Below, piece after piece: positions 36,988 through 48,574 of a stretch of 64,000 nucleotides of DNA (positions within the stretch are counted from its first letter, which is position 1; each line of letters opens with the position of its first letter). Under the pieces are notes generated by a model, which was given only the letters and a program-made list of their open reading frames with translations, did not search any database and had not been told where the DNA came from. The position numbers and the translations under genes were made by a program. The DNA comes from Camelus dromedarius (Eukaryota). The DNA is taken from the NCBI RefSeq assembly GCF_036321535.1, contig NC_087437.1, forward strand, positions 27,840,001 to 27,904,000. Direction: 5' to 3'.

Positions 36988-37080
36988 TTTTTTTTTTTTT
37001 TTAATGGAGGTACTGGGGATTGAACCCAGGATCTCATGCATTGTAGGCATGAGCTCTACCACTGAGCTCTACCCCCACCC
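36988..37080 (-). mobile_element. tRNA-derived camelid SINE (Vic-1-like), full length
   Basis: The minus strand reads GGGTGGGGGTAGAGCTCAGTGGTAGAGC...TGGGTTCAATCCCCAGTACCTCCATT then poly(A), with Pol III A and B boxes. Perfect 15-bp TSD CAGGAGCTAACACTT (36973-36987 / 37081-37095). Confidence 0.95.
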
Positions 37081-37689
37081 CAGGAGCTAACACTTGATCT
37101 GAGTTTCAAAGAATAAAGAGGAGAGGGAGAGAAAGGAAGGGAATTGTAGGCTAAAGGAACAGGTGTGAAAGTTTGGGAAACTGACAACTAAACAGAATGA
37201 CAATTTTAAATAAGTATTACTTTATATTAAAATATTTCATTTTTGCTCACATTTTCTTTGGAATATAGATCTTATTCCCTCAATAAAACTGAAAGGATCT
37301 TGTACATGGGAAATCTTTTTATATCCCTCATGTCATCTAAATCTGTATCTAGAGAACATGCAATAAATACTTTGATTTATTTATAAGTGGTAACTGAGAA
37401 GACTAGGAGGAAAAGTATTGTGGGTTGGACTATTTACTTTAACTAGTTTAGCAGAATACTGTTATTTTAACAGGATTTTCAATGGGTAGAAAACACTTGG
37501 GTGATTCCTATAGTAACTCAAATGTGTAGCTCTCCTCAGCTCTACAATTATGTTTTCAACATTCAAGGTCAGATTATTAATAACATCAATTATCAATAAT
37601 AATAACTCATAAGAAGAGTATTTGCCTGATACTTAGGTGCAGTAATTTTGTGTGGAATGAATGGATGCATGTGTGTATCACATTAATAT

Positions 37690-38055
37690 TACTAAGCGTG
37701 AAAGGAAGTCAGCTAGGGGTTTGGGGAAAGCTTTTCTTCATGCACTAAAAAGACAGCCCTGTGAGATTTACTCTCCTTCTTTCTTGTCATCTGTGATGCT
37801 GATGTGATACAGTCATGCCTAAAGCTCTGATAGCTGAGTTGTTTCAATGAGGTTACAAGAGCATAAACACCAAAAAGCCCCAAAACTGAAGATGGCTGAG
37901 CAAGAGGCTATAAATAGGCTCGGGTTTTGACGAGTTTGAGTTGAGGAGCCAATTCTGGGCTTCCTAGTTTCTGACTTCTCCTTATGGAAGATTATTAAAT
38001 TGCTTAAAGAACTGTTTGTCAGGTCCTAAAAGTCTTGTAGGGATAAGCATTCCTT
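37690..38055 (+). mobile_element. Old MaLR LTR (MLT1J/K-like)
   Basis: ggaagtcagctaggggtttggggaaagcttttc...ctgaagatggctgagcaagagg...tttctgacttctccttatgg...taagcattcctta. Confidence 0.55.
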
Positions 38056-38165
38056 ACAGAAGTAATCCCAGTATATGTCTCTTACTAGCTTTTCAATGGC
38101 TATTTGTGTAATGAATGTTACTGAATTCAGAGGGGCTTGTGGACACCTGGTGGGCTAAACTAAAT

Positions 38166-38575
38166 TGTGTGAGTCTGCCAGGGCTTCCATAACAAAAGAT
38201 CACAGAGTGGGTAGCTTACGCAACAAATTTATTTTCCAACAATTCCAGACACTAGAAGTTGAAAATCAAGGTGTGTACTGGTTTGGTTTCTCCTGAGGCT
38301 TCTCTCCTCACCTTGCAGATGATCACCTTCTTGCTTTGTCCTTACATGTTCTTTTGTCTGTGCATGAACATCCTTGGTGTCTCTCTAAGTGTCCTAATAT
38401 CTTTGTATAAGGACACTAGTCAGATTGAATTAGGGCCCATCCTAATGGCCTCACTGTAGCTTAATTACCACTTTGAAGGCCCTGCCTTCAAATACAGCCA
38501 CGTTCTAAGGTACTGCAGGAACAGACTTCAACCCAGTGATCGTGAATTTGGGAGGACACAGTTAATTCCATAACA
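38166..38575 (-). mobile_element. MaLR solo LTR (MLT1B-like)
   Basis: TG...CA termini, typical ttctcctgaggcttctctcc...ttgcagatg...tataaggacactagtcagattg motifs, and a perfect 5-bp TSD TAAAT (38161-38165 / 38576-38580). Confidence 0.92.
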
Positions 38576-38580
38576 TAAAT

Positions 38581-39700
38581 ATTGTGATTTAGAGACTATT
38601 ACTGCTTATTTCTTCATATGAACTTTTGAATCAGCTCGTTTTATTCCAAAGAAAATAAATTCTTATTTTTGTTGGGATGCGTTAGATTTGCTGACTATTT
38701 TGGGAAAAATTAGTAACCTTATGCTATAAATCTTGTATAAGGACAGGTAGGTTTTTCTTCTGATCAAGTGCTTTTCTGTCTCTTAGGAGAATTCTAAAGT
38801 TTTCTTCTTAGAAGTTCTTCATTTTTCTTGCTAATCATTATGTAGCTAGATTGTCTTTGTTTAAACATACTGTATATATTTTCTTTATTATGCTTTTTAA
38901 GTGGTTGTGTTTTTATTGAAATCTGATTATATTTGTACACAAATCCTTCATATAGCTTTTAACAGTTTTGATTTTGAATCTCTTGGCTTTTCAAGTACTA
39001 CAGTGTTATTATTTGAAAGTGATATTAATTTTGCATTTGTCCTCTAAGTTTTACAACAGGTATTTCTTTCTTTTTTTCTTTTCTTTGTTCTTTGTCTAGG
39101 TGTTTTAGCTAGAAGCCAGTTTTCATCTTTCAGTGTTTTCTGATTAAGTTTGATGATAGATTTTGTATTTATAAATAACTAGAAAATATCCATCTGTTGT
39201 TATTTTATGAATGCTTTTAACCCAGAATAGATATTAAATTTCATCAAATGTTGCTTCAGCAACTTTGGCACTTATGCATCAGTATGGGTGCAGATCTCAT
39301 GCAGTCTTTCGGTACTCAGATGAAACGTCTCTAGTTGTTAACTGTGTGAGTGGATAGAGCTATTTCACCTCTTATAATAGGCAGGCAGTATGGTCCTGCT
39401 TTCTGGGCTCACATGGGGAGCCATTTCCTGTTCCCTGCTATGTGTGTGGCAGATTTGACTTCCATACCTACGGTCCCTGAGGTACCATCTCTAGTACATG
39501 TATATGGTTACAGCTCTGTCTGGCTTTAATACTGTAATCTCTGCTATTGCTCTGGGCTCCTTCTGCTTCTGAAGCATGAAGATTTTCACACTTTTTGAGT
39601 GTGGTCCTGTACCTTTTAATATTTTAAAAATATTTTATTTCTGTTTTGGTGTGGAAAGAGAGATATCTGAATGAGGAACTCCTCCATCTTGACCCAGACA
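38581..39700 (-). mobile_element. Ancient L1 (L1M/L1ME) fragments, including a 5'-end-like motif
   Basis: T-rich reverse ORF2-like remnants; ccatcttgacccag at about 39683 resembles a reverse L1 5' end. Confidence 0.5.
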
Positions 39701-39814
39701 TTCTATTCTCTCTGTGCATTGTCATGTCATTGAGATACTGAACAGCTTTTATCCAAAGATGGGTAACTCTAGTCTACCCAAAAATTATGAAGCAAAATGT
39801 TCTCTTCGGTCAGG

Positions 39815-40040
39815 CCATGTGGAATAGTGAAAAGTCCCTAAGCTTTGAGGCCAGTAAGACTTGATATTGAATCCCAGCTTTGCTATTCACTTGCTTGGGA
39901 AACTATTTTAGGACAAATTATTTAACTCCCTTGATACTGAATTTGCAAAATAGAACTGATGATAGTTACTACTGATTAAAGGACTAAATAAAATAATAAT
40001 TATAAAATGCTTCCCAAATAGGAGAGGTTCAATACATTTG
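39815..40040 (+). mobile_element. MIR SINE
   Basis: gtggaatagtgaaaag...ctttgaggccag...ttgaatcccagctttgctattcacttgc...ggacaaattatttaactccc. Confidence 0.7.
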
Positions 40041-41929
40041 TCATCAACACTTGCTCCCCAGGAAGAATACATATGACATACAATTTTATTTTAATATATC
40101 CCCATTTCACATTCTTAGGCAAGAAGGAAGGAATTGAGGGCAGGGCCAGAGGGCCGGAAAAGAGAAGAGGAATAATGGAAAGACTTTAGAAGGGCAGTAA
40201 GGTAAATTTTCAAGGCCCTAATTTGCTGAACGTACCTCAGATATTAAGAACAGGGTAGTGTGGATAATTTAATCACACTGGAGTTTTTGGTGGAACTATT
40301 AATTTGATAAAAATGAATCTCTGACTCTTATTTCCCTTTTCTGCTTGCAGACACATAATGGTTGGTGTAATTTATTTCTGTGGGAAAATGTCACTGTGTA
40401 CAGCTTGTGACATGATTGATGCACTGACATCTTTTTCTTTCTCCCATTTTACTCTGTTTGTCAACACTGAATTCACTGAGAATGCCCATTATGATTTTAG
40501 ATGGTGGGTCCCAATTTGGATTCATGTGCTACAGTTTACAAAAAATATCTTTAAAGAGCACTAAGACCTTAAAGAATACCAAAAACATTTTGATATTTGG
40601 GGGCAATTGCTAGCAAAGGGAATCAAAGAACATATGGTGAAAAGCTGTGCTTTTTTTGCACAAACTCTGAGTAGGACTGGACTGGGAGAAATATGAGATA
40701 AAAGAAAGTGGCCTGAAGACTTCTCTTAATTCCATCAAACCCAGCAGCCCAGACAGCTCCCCCATCCTTTTTATCTCCCATCCTCTACTTACCCCTCTAT
40801 CACCGTCACCAATGTCTTTTGGTTTCAGAAACAGATCTGACAAATCTCTTCACTTTGAGGTATTCTTTGTTAGGTCATGATATATAAACACTATTAGAGA
40901 CTCTTAAATAAACAAAGTTTACAAAAGTTTTAAGCCAACAAATGAACATCTAACTATGGAATGCAGGCCATGAAGGAGCTGACTGAAGGAGAATTTTAGA
41001 CAGTATCAAGCTTCCTACCAAAGTTTGCCTTGACCCTGGAAGATGATGATCTGAACTTCTCTGAATATACAATTTAGAAGAAAATTCAGAGAGCATGAAA
41101 CCTACATGGGAAAAGTTCCAGTTGTTCTAAGTTTTTCGTGTTTCTTTTTGGTTTAGTATTCTTTTTTCCTTGACAGTTACCTGGGGAATGTTTTCTTTAG
41201 AAGGGATCTTCATTTTTAGGATACCTAAAACCAAAATTCTCTTCAGTTAAAATGGCTGCTGTGAAGGGAATGGACTGAAAGGGAGTAATGAGCTGCTTGC
41301 TTAGGGAGAGGGAACCGGAAGCTATGCTAGGAGTTCTCAGATCAGGGTAAGGAAGGCCGACAGGAGGAAGAGTCACAGGGGAATCAAATTATTCTCTCCA
41401 CTTACTGTGGCTCCTCCAGTGCCTCCATCATTATCTGATTTCCACAGACTACTGTACCTCTGGGGTTTAACCAAAAGTGCTCTCAACAAAGGAATCCTAT
41501 TCCTGCTCACATTACTTTGAAGGAATTAACTAGAATGTTTCACAAATAGCCCAACTGAACAGGTTGAAACGGCAGATGTTAAGTTTAAATGCCACATATG
41601 TCTTGGTTTGGTTCTTGGAAGACCCAATGCTAAATGACATCAGATATATATTTTTTGCCTTACTTATAACACAACAACATTTCACCAACTCCTTATTGTT
41701 AATGTTACTTCCAAAGGATTAAAGAAGGAAGATCTAACCCTGCATTAAAGCTCCTTAGACTTTGAACACAGCACATGTTTTCCAAAAAGAAATCAGTAAA
41801 ATTTACGGGTAGATTCAAATAACATTTTTCACTCTGAAGCATTATTTAGGTGATTTGAAGTTCTTCATTTTAAAACTTTGCAAAAAAAAAAAAAATCATT
41901 CAGGTCTGTGTTCTTGGTTTTCTTATTGA

Positions 41930-42420
41930 TTAATTCAACAAATATTTATTAAGTACTTAGCATAGGCCAAATATGGTGATAAATTGTTGAAGATATAAAG
42001 ACAATTCTGAAGAACTTCATAGTTTAAAGGGGAAGACTATGTCATGAAGTAACAATTAGAAATACAGTGTCATGGTTACTACCAAAAGAGGTAGAGGCAA
42101 AGTGTGACCCCAAAGGAGACCAGAATTCTGGAGGGAAAGTTAGGAGGAGCCAGGGAAGGCTTTCCTGCCCAGTCTGATGAGGAGGGCACAGAAATTAGAC
42201 AACACGAGCACAAAAGACATTCAGGCTACAGGACAACATGTGCACAAACTTCAAGTTGCAGCATAACAGCAAATGCACACAACTGTATTCAGCACAGTCC
42301 TACGGCTCACTTTGTACCATCAGCTGGAGCAATGCTGGATAGTTGTGGGGCTTCTGCGTTTGATGTTATAAAGTGTTCTAAAGTTCGACAACACTGGTAG
42401 GTTTTTTGCTGTTGTCGTGG
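41930..42420 (-). mobile_element. L2 LINE 3' fragment
   Basis: attcaacaaatatttattaagtacttagcataggcca...ccagggaaggctttcctg. Confidence 0.7.
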
Positions 42421-42427
42421 TTAAGTT

Positions 42428-42612
42428 GGTGATCTTGAGTGCTAGCACATGAGAGAATCAACCTGAGCTGATTAAAAATATGAAACCTGGGCCATTTTCC
42501 CAAAGGGACTGACTCAGTAGGACTGGGTGGGGCCTAGAAATCTGTATTTTTAAAATCCCTGTAATGATTTTCAGTAAAGTATTAGGAAGGTTACACTGTA
42601 AGAAACACTAGG
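42428..42612. mobile_element. MER5A-like hAT MITE
   Basis: gcacatgagagaatcaacctgagctgattaaaaata...ctgactcagtaggactgggtggggcctagaaatctgtatttttaaa. Confidence 0.75.
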
Positions 42613-43494
42613 TTAGGGCAGTTAGGAAGTAATGAATTTTCTGTTTCTTATTTAGCTTTTTATTTGCAGAAGGAAAAAGTGAAAAAGAGAAAAGATTGCT
42701 AAACAGTGTAGAAAACAGGAAAATGGAGATAGTTTGGGGGAGGAACTGAGCTTTTGGCCAGCAGGGATCTAAGAACCAGGAGATAAGTAGATGATTATTT
42801 GAGGCTGGGAGGGGGGTTTACAGACAAAGGCACATAGTGGAAGAAAACAGCGATCACACTATTCATTGTTGCAAAAATCGCAAGAGAGAAACAGGCTACA
42901 GTAATACTAAGATAAAAATAGCCTTTTTAACAAATACATTAAAAAGGGTGACCAATGATAAAGAAGAGGGTCGCTCTTTTATTTTTATTTAATATTTGGA
43001 TATTAAATAAAAGGTTGGCCCCAGAAGGTTTTTTTGTGTTCAGGCACCATTTCTGCTTGCTTGCTCAGTGCTGGGAGCCATCTCTTTATGTCTGTTCTCT
43101 CACCATGAGAAGAAGGTAGCAAAGCTATTGTTACAATGCCACAACTCTTTGGGACATGTCTGCATTGAAACAATAGAGATTTTGCTTTGAAGTTTCCTAA
43201 TATCATTTATTTAATTACTGGTTAAGTCACTGAATGATGTATCATCGTGAGTATTGTGACTGCCATAAATATTGGTTTTCAGTGACTCTCAAACATTATT
43301 ATTCTGGTCTGTTCAGTGCCACGTATGTATTTGTGACACATACAAATACAAGTCTTGCCCACAGTGTGCAGAAAAATATGAAAACAATAATTCATCTTCT
43401 GCTCATGGTAAGTTTAGTGATTGGAACTGTACAGCATAAACTAAAGCAACATATCACTCAACCACGTCTTTAACTTTTATTTGCAAGGACTGCA

Positions 43495-44075
43495 TTCTGA
43501 GAATGATTCTTTTCAGTGTGGACCCTGCCTGTGTCTTCCATATGCTGCCACCACTAGGGAGAGACATGCACATCCCAAGGGCAGGACAGGAAGAGCAGTC
43601 CCATTTGCATAAGAAACATCCATTCCTTATCTGGCATGGATTAAAACTGACCCAGGAGAGAACAGTATCACCACGTCGATCAGAGTCAAGCACGGGCAGT
43701 GATGACAAGGCCAGTGGGCACAGTCTCTAGAGCCCCCAAAGGGCAGCTGGATGCAGGACGCAGACAGAGAAAGGGGTGGGCTGACCACTCTGAGTGCCAG
43801 TGATGGGGCACACGGGGTAAAAGACCACTGCCCCGCCATCCTCAGGTGCTGCAAATAGTTAAGTGACACCACGGTTGAAACAGACAGGCAAGTGATGATG
43901 CAAGGACTCGTACATGTGGCTCAAGGCCAAGTATCATCAGTGACCCACAGTAGCCCTAAGCCTGGTACTTGGCCTTTGAGTAAGGAAGGAGTCAGCCATC
44001 CTATGGCCCACTCTCAGATCCCGTGAAAGAAATACTGCTCTAAGTCAGCAGGAATGACCCCCTGTCAGGTCACTG
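43495..44075. promoter_or_regulatory. Candidate enhancer (motif cluster in GC/CpG-enriched unique DNA)
   Basis: GAS TTCTGAGAA 43495-43503; octamer ATTTGCAT 43603-43610; NR5A-type CAAGGCCA 43706-43713 and TCAAGGCCA 43921-43929; ER6 TGACCC-N6-AGGTCA 44055-44072. Function is inferred only. Confidence 0.4.
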
Positions 44076-44299
44076 TCCTGGAACCCATTCTCTTGTTACC
44101 CAGAAGTGTGAGTTCTGAAGCTTCTCAGGATCTAGTTGATACCAAAGCAGAGCAGAGTTGAAGAGCATTTGGGAGAGAAGAAATAGGTCCAGGATCCACA
44201 TGGTTCTTTATCCAGCCTCAGGGCATTTTTCCCAGATAGTACTGATCGGTCTCAGGCACTTGAGGGGAAGTTAGAACATTTTGAAGTAGCCATGCCACG

Positions 44300-44525
44300 G
44301 CACAGAGCCTCAAGCATGGGCCCTCCTTACCCAGATCTGTCCAGGCTCATAATCCCAATTCCACTGTTTGTAAACCCTGTGATCTTAGACAAGTTACTTA
44401 GCTGAGCCTCAGTTTTCTCATAGGTAAAATGGGGATAATGCCTTACAATGATGTGAAAATTATATGAGCTAATTTATAAAGTGCCCAACATGTGGAAAAT
44501 GCTTGGTAAGGTTGACTATTACTAG
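44300..44525 (+). mobile_element. MIR SINE
   Basis: ctgtgatcttagacaagttacttagctgagcctcagttttctcataggtaaaatggggataat. Confidence 0.85.
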
Positions 44526-44684
44526 CAATTCTTACCTCAGCCAGGGACCTGGTTGGGGTCAGATAGAATTGTTTGGGTATATAAACAACTTGCTACATTC
44601 AGGAAACTCTTCTACATAGAAAGTAATTTTTTTCTGATTATAAAAATGGTTATTTTAGAAAATTTGAAAAAATATACAAAAACA

Positions 44685-46260
44685 CTAATTTATTCAACAA
44701 ATATTAAGCATCTACTGTGAGTGGTAGTGTTGGTTTTGAACACTGGTGATCCACAGTGAACAAAATAATGACACTCTCCTCTTAGAGGAGGGATATATAA
44801 TAAAATAGACATACAAGTTACATACACACATGCATATACACATAGACACATAAATTATATATAATATGTCATGATATGTCAGATGGCAATAAGTGCAAAG
44901 TAAAAACAATAAAGCTGGGAAGGGAAATATGGAATGCCAGGAGGTCCAGAGGCAGCAGTTACAAATATAGTGGTCAGGAAAGGCCTCACAGAGAAGACAA
45001 AATTTGAGCAAGGTCCTGAAAATACCTGGAGGAAGAGCACTCCAGGCAGAGGAGCAGTAAGTCCACGAGTCCTGAGCAGGATTTTACCTGGCATGTGTGA
45101 GGAACCACAAGGAAGCTGGTATGACCAAAGTAGGGTGAGTGCTTAGTAGAGAGACAGGAGTTTGTAAAGACGGAAAGACAGAGGGGTGGAAGAATGCAGA
45201 CAGCGTAGGTCTTGTATGTTATTATAAAGACCTCGGCTTTTATTCTGATTTACATGGGAAGCTATTGTTGGGAGAAACTGTCTTCTAGGATCTCTGGCAC
45301 TCCGATATGTCTTGCTAAGTATGCCAAGAATGCAAGGTCCTGACCACTCTTTATCCAGGCCATTTTTCAAGGTTGTGTTTATAATAAGCAACCTTGAGGG
45401 GTGAAGCAATCTCTTTCTTCAGGACAAAGAGCAGGCTTGCTTAGTGCCTTCTACAAAATGATGGGCTTCCCCACCTCAGTGTTCCTCTCCTACAATGAGA
45501 CCCATTGTCTGTGCACATATTCATTTAGGCCCATTGTGTTGCCCTCTTGGAACCTGGAGGATATGAGGAACTGATGCAAATATGCTGGTGCTCATGCTGC
45601 TTGCCAGGCTGTGAGTAATAAAATCCTTGTTTTGGACCCAGGAGTCTTTAGTCTTTTGCCAGCAACCATGAAACAGTAGCAGGCTAGTTTATTTACTTGT
45701 AAATAGGATAAAATCAGATCTCAGATGCTTCATGGTTCTTGGCAGCCATTGCAAAGTTTTGATCAGTAGAATGACATGATCTGACTCATGTTTTAAAGGG
45801 ACTGCTCTGACTACCCTGTGGACTATAGACTTATGGAGCCAGGATGAAAATGGAGACCACCAAGGAGACAGCACAATTATCCAGATGAGAAAAGGTGGTG
45901 GGTACAATCAGGGTGCTTTTGTGGTATTAATGAAAAGTGGTCCCATTCTGGATATACTTGGCCAAAAAGGATTTCAGATAGACTGGCAAAGAGTTTGTGA
46001 AAGAAAGCGAATGAAAATGAACACAAGATTTGGTCCAAGCATTTGCCATTTGTAAGATGGTTTTTTGCTTTGTTTTTCTAACTAAGTGGGGAAGAATGGT
46101 GAAGGATTTTATTGAGAAGGCCTAGAAATTGAGTGTTGTTTTTTTTTTTTTTTTACATGCTACATTTGAGTTGCTTATCAGACATTTAAATAGATACTGA
46201 GTGGACAGTTCGATATCTGAATCTGGAGTTCAGAACACAGGTCAAGACATGAGATATAAA
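44685..46260 (-). mobile_element. Long L2 LINE fragment interrupted by an LTR40-like LTR
   Basis: Starts ttattcaacaaatattaagcatctactgtg; contains gtggtcaggaaaggcctcacagagaag; reads through the LTR site as gggaagc(t/c)attg...gacatgatctgactcatgttttaaa; ends atctggagttcagaacacaggtcaagacatgagatataaa. Confidence 0.9.
45266..45744 (+). mobile_element. ERVL solo LTR, LTR40-like
   Basis: TGTTGGGAGA start, gtcttgctaagtatgccaagaatgcaaggtcctgacc, AATAAA at about 45617, ends ttcttggCA. 5-bp TSD with 1 mismatch: GCTAT (45261-45265) / GCCAT (45745-45749). Confidence 0.9.
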
Positions 46261-46917
46261 AGTGTAAGAAGAAAAATTACTCCCATAATTCCACTTGCTG
46301 GTTTACCTCCTCCCAGTCTTTTTATGCAGAGACATTATTTGAGCAAAAAGAATATTTAAAAAAAAATAGGCCCTTAGCCAGAGGCAATGACATTTTATCT
46401 CTTAATTTGATTTGGAAAGACATTGCTGAAACTCTAAAAACAACAGTCACTTATTTATAGTGATAGAAATGCAAAATTTGCAATGATCTGTCAGGGTGTC
46501 GCCTGGGCTTACAATGCAGATATTCTGCCAGATGGATTTGCCTCTCTAAAAAGTTGGGTAACTTTTTACCTGGACCAGACTCTGTGATTTACAGCACACT
46601 GCTTGTTAGCCAAAACCATTCCAGTTGAAATTGAAAATGGGCAGATGTGGAAACCATGCTGGACAAGAAGGAAGTGTATTTTTCTCCTCTAAGCCACATA
46701 CTGACAGTTTATGCCATGAACATTACCCTATTGTGGGTTTTTAAGTGAATTCCTTTCAGTAGAATCCAGGGCCTCAGGGTAAAAATTAAATCCAGAAATT
46801 CTGAAACAAGTTATCCTGAGCCCCCCAGCATGGGGATGAAATCTAACAGCACGACCTTTGTGATCTATGCATGTTTGTTACCACACTGGTGCTTCTGAGC
46901 AGGGTGGTGTGTTGCTG

Positions 46918-47100
46918 TATCTCTCAAACTGAGCCTGCATCAGGGTCCCCTGAAGACCTTGTTAAAACACAAATTCCTATGCTCCACCTCCTAATTTTCT
47001 GATTCAGTAGATCCGATGTGGTGTCCAGGAATTTAAATTTCTATCAAGTTCCCAGAGGATGCTGCATTGCTGGTCTGGGGACCACTCTATGAAGACCATT
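46918..47100. mobile_element. MER5A-like hAT MITE
   Basis: ctctcaaactgagcctgcatcag...cttgttaaaacacaaattcc...tctgattcagtag...caagttcccagaggatgctgc...ggtctggggaccactct. Confidence 0.85.
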
Positions 47101-47305
47101 GGTTTAGTGGTTAAGAATAGGAACCCTGAAGCCAGACTGTCCACATTCAAATCAAGGCTTCAGTTGGGTACATTACTTAACTTCTCCATGCTTGGTTTCC
47201 ACGTGGATATAATGAAAGTAGTGATTATATCTATTTCATAAGTTAACGATGAGAATTAGAATAAATTGTGTTTGGCACACAGTAAATATGTTTGCTACTC
47301 TTATT
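47101..47305 (+). mobile_element. MIR SINE
   Basis: tagtggttaagaataggaaccctgaagccagactg...ttacttaacttctccatgcttggtttcc...tggcacacagtaaa. Confidence 0.8.
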
Positions 47306-48574
47306 AAGAAAAACTTCTTTAAAAATTACAGGGATTCTCAGTTTCTGGAAAAATTCCTCTTTTAATGTCTACAATTTTGGGTTAATGCTTACTGAGGGCA
47401 TAATGAGAGATACGAACAAATTGCATGAAATAAGGTAAGTGGTACAAAACTTGAGAACAATCAGCTACTCAGACATTCAGGAATGACCAGACTGAAAAGG
47501 TGAAAGATCCAACTTTAAATAAAGTGAATCTGCTTCTCTTCCCACCCCCAACTCATGTTGACGATTTTAGAGCTACAACAACCACAGCATATACACACAA
47601 GATGGTACTTCTGCCTTCTGCTTCTAATCTATTCATATTGTGATCATTTAGTCACTTTTTCCATAAACTTCCCTTTATCCTGTGGCTGAAGTGACTGGCT
47701 TCACTTCAAGATCAGGTTTGTTGATATTTAAGCAGTTAAGTAATTCTTTGGCTTCCTATCCTTGAGGCCTTTGCTCAACCAACCTAAAGCCAGGAAATCT
47801 TGAACACTGAGTTGCAGTAATTACTTCAGCATTTGATGTTTAATGCAGTTTTTCTGAGCCCTGCATATAGTAATAGGTAGGTTAAAATTGCCCCCAAATT
47901 TAGGTTCCCAGTGTGTATTTTTTTTTACACCCCTAACGCAAAACAAAGAGTTGCTCTAATAAGAATTTCAGTGTGAGCCACATGGAGAATTTGTGACAAG
48001 GATAGAACTGTCTTGATGGTTCACCAAGTCCCCTGGAGTTTTTCATGGCTCAGTGTGCTTCTTGACATAATTCTGGGCAAAATTCAGCATCCACATTGAC
48101 CCATCCTAATCCCTTAGGAATTCCACCAGTCGCCTACTTCAAGGACATTTTTCTTCACTCAATTTTTGCAAGGCCCTTTCATGCCAATACTCTGAACCTT
48201 TTATCAGTTGTAACTTTTATCTTTGAAATCTGGAACTTTGACATTCCATCCTTTAACCAAAACTTTCCACCCCCTTAACTTGTTCTTCCATCACGTGGTG
48301 GTCTTGATTGTTACCTGCACTCTCATTTTCTCGTGTCCTCATGTCCTTCCCTCCCCAGCCTGGACCCTACAATTGATCATTTTAATCTACTTCCCAGTAA
48401 TTCCTCAAGCCCTTTCTTACCACCACTGCAATGCTCAACTCACAGCCCATCAAACAATCCTTTCTCCTTGAATTGACATGAGCTGAAGAAAGCATGTATT
48501 TGGGCTTAACTGGTGTCATCACAAATTTGTGGTTTACAATTTTGGCTGAACTCCTTATAGTGCATAAACGCAAG

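Noticed and set aside
36988..37080. tRNA gene
   Set aside because: A and B boxes are present, but the poly(A) tail and 15-bp TSD show it is a SINE retrocopy.
43892..43980. C/D-box snoRNA or SECIS element (GTGATGA at 43892)
   Set aside because: No suitably placed CTGA D box with a terminal stem, and no AUGA/GA quartet with apical AA in the right geometry.
43460..44300. Processed pseudogene
   Set aside because: No poly(A) tail after the minus-strand AATAAA, no TSD and no recognisable reading frame.
5610..45744. Two LTR40-like copies as the ends of one provirus
   Set aside because: They are in opposite orientations and about 39 kb apart, with no internal retroviral sequence, and the second has its own TSD. 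They are independent solo LTRs.
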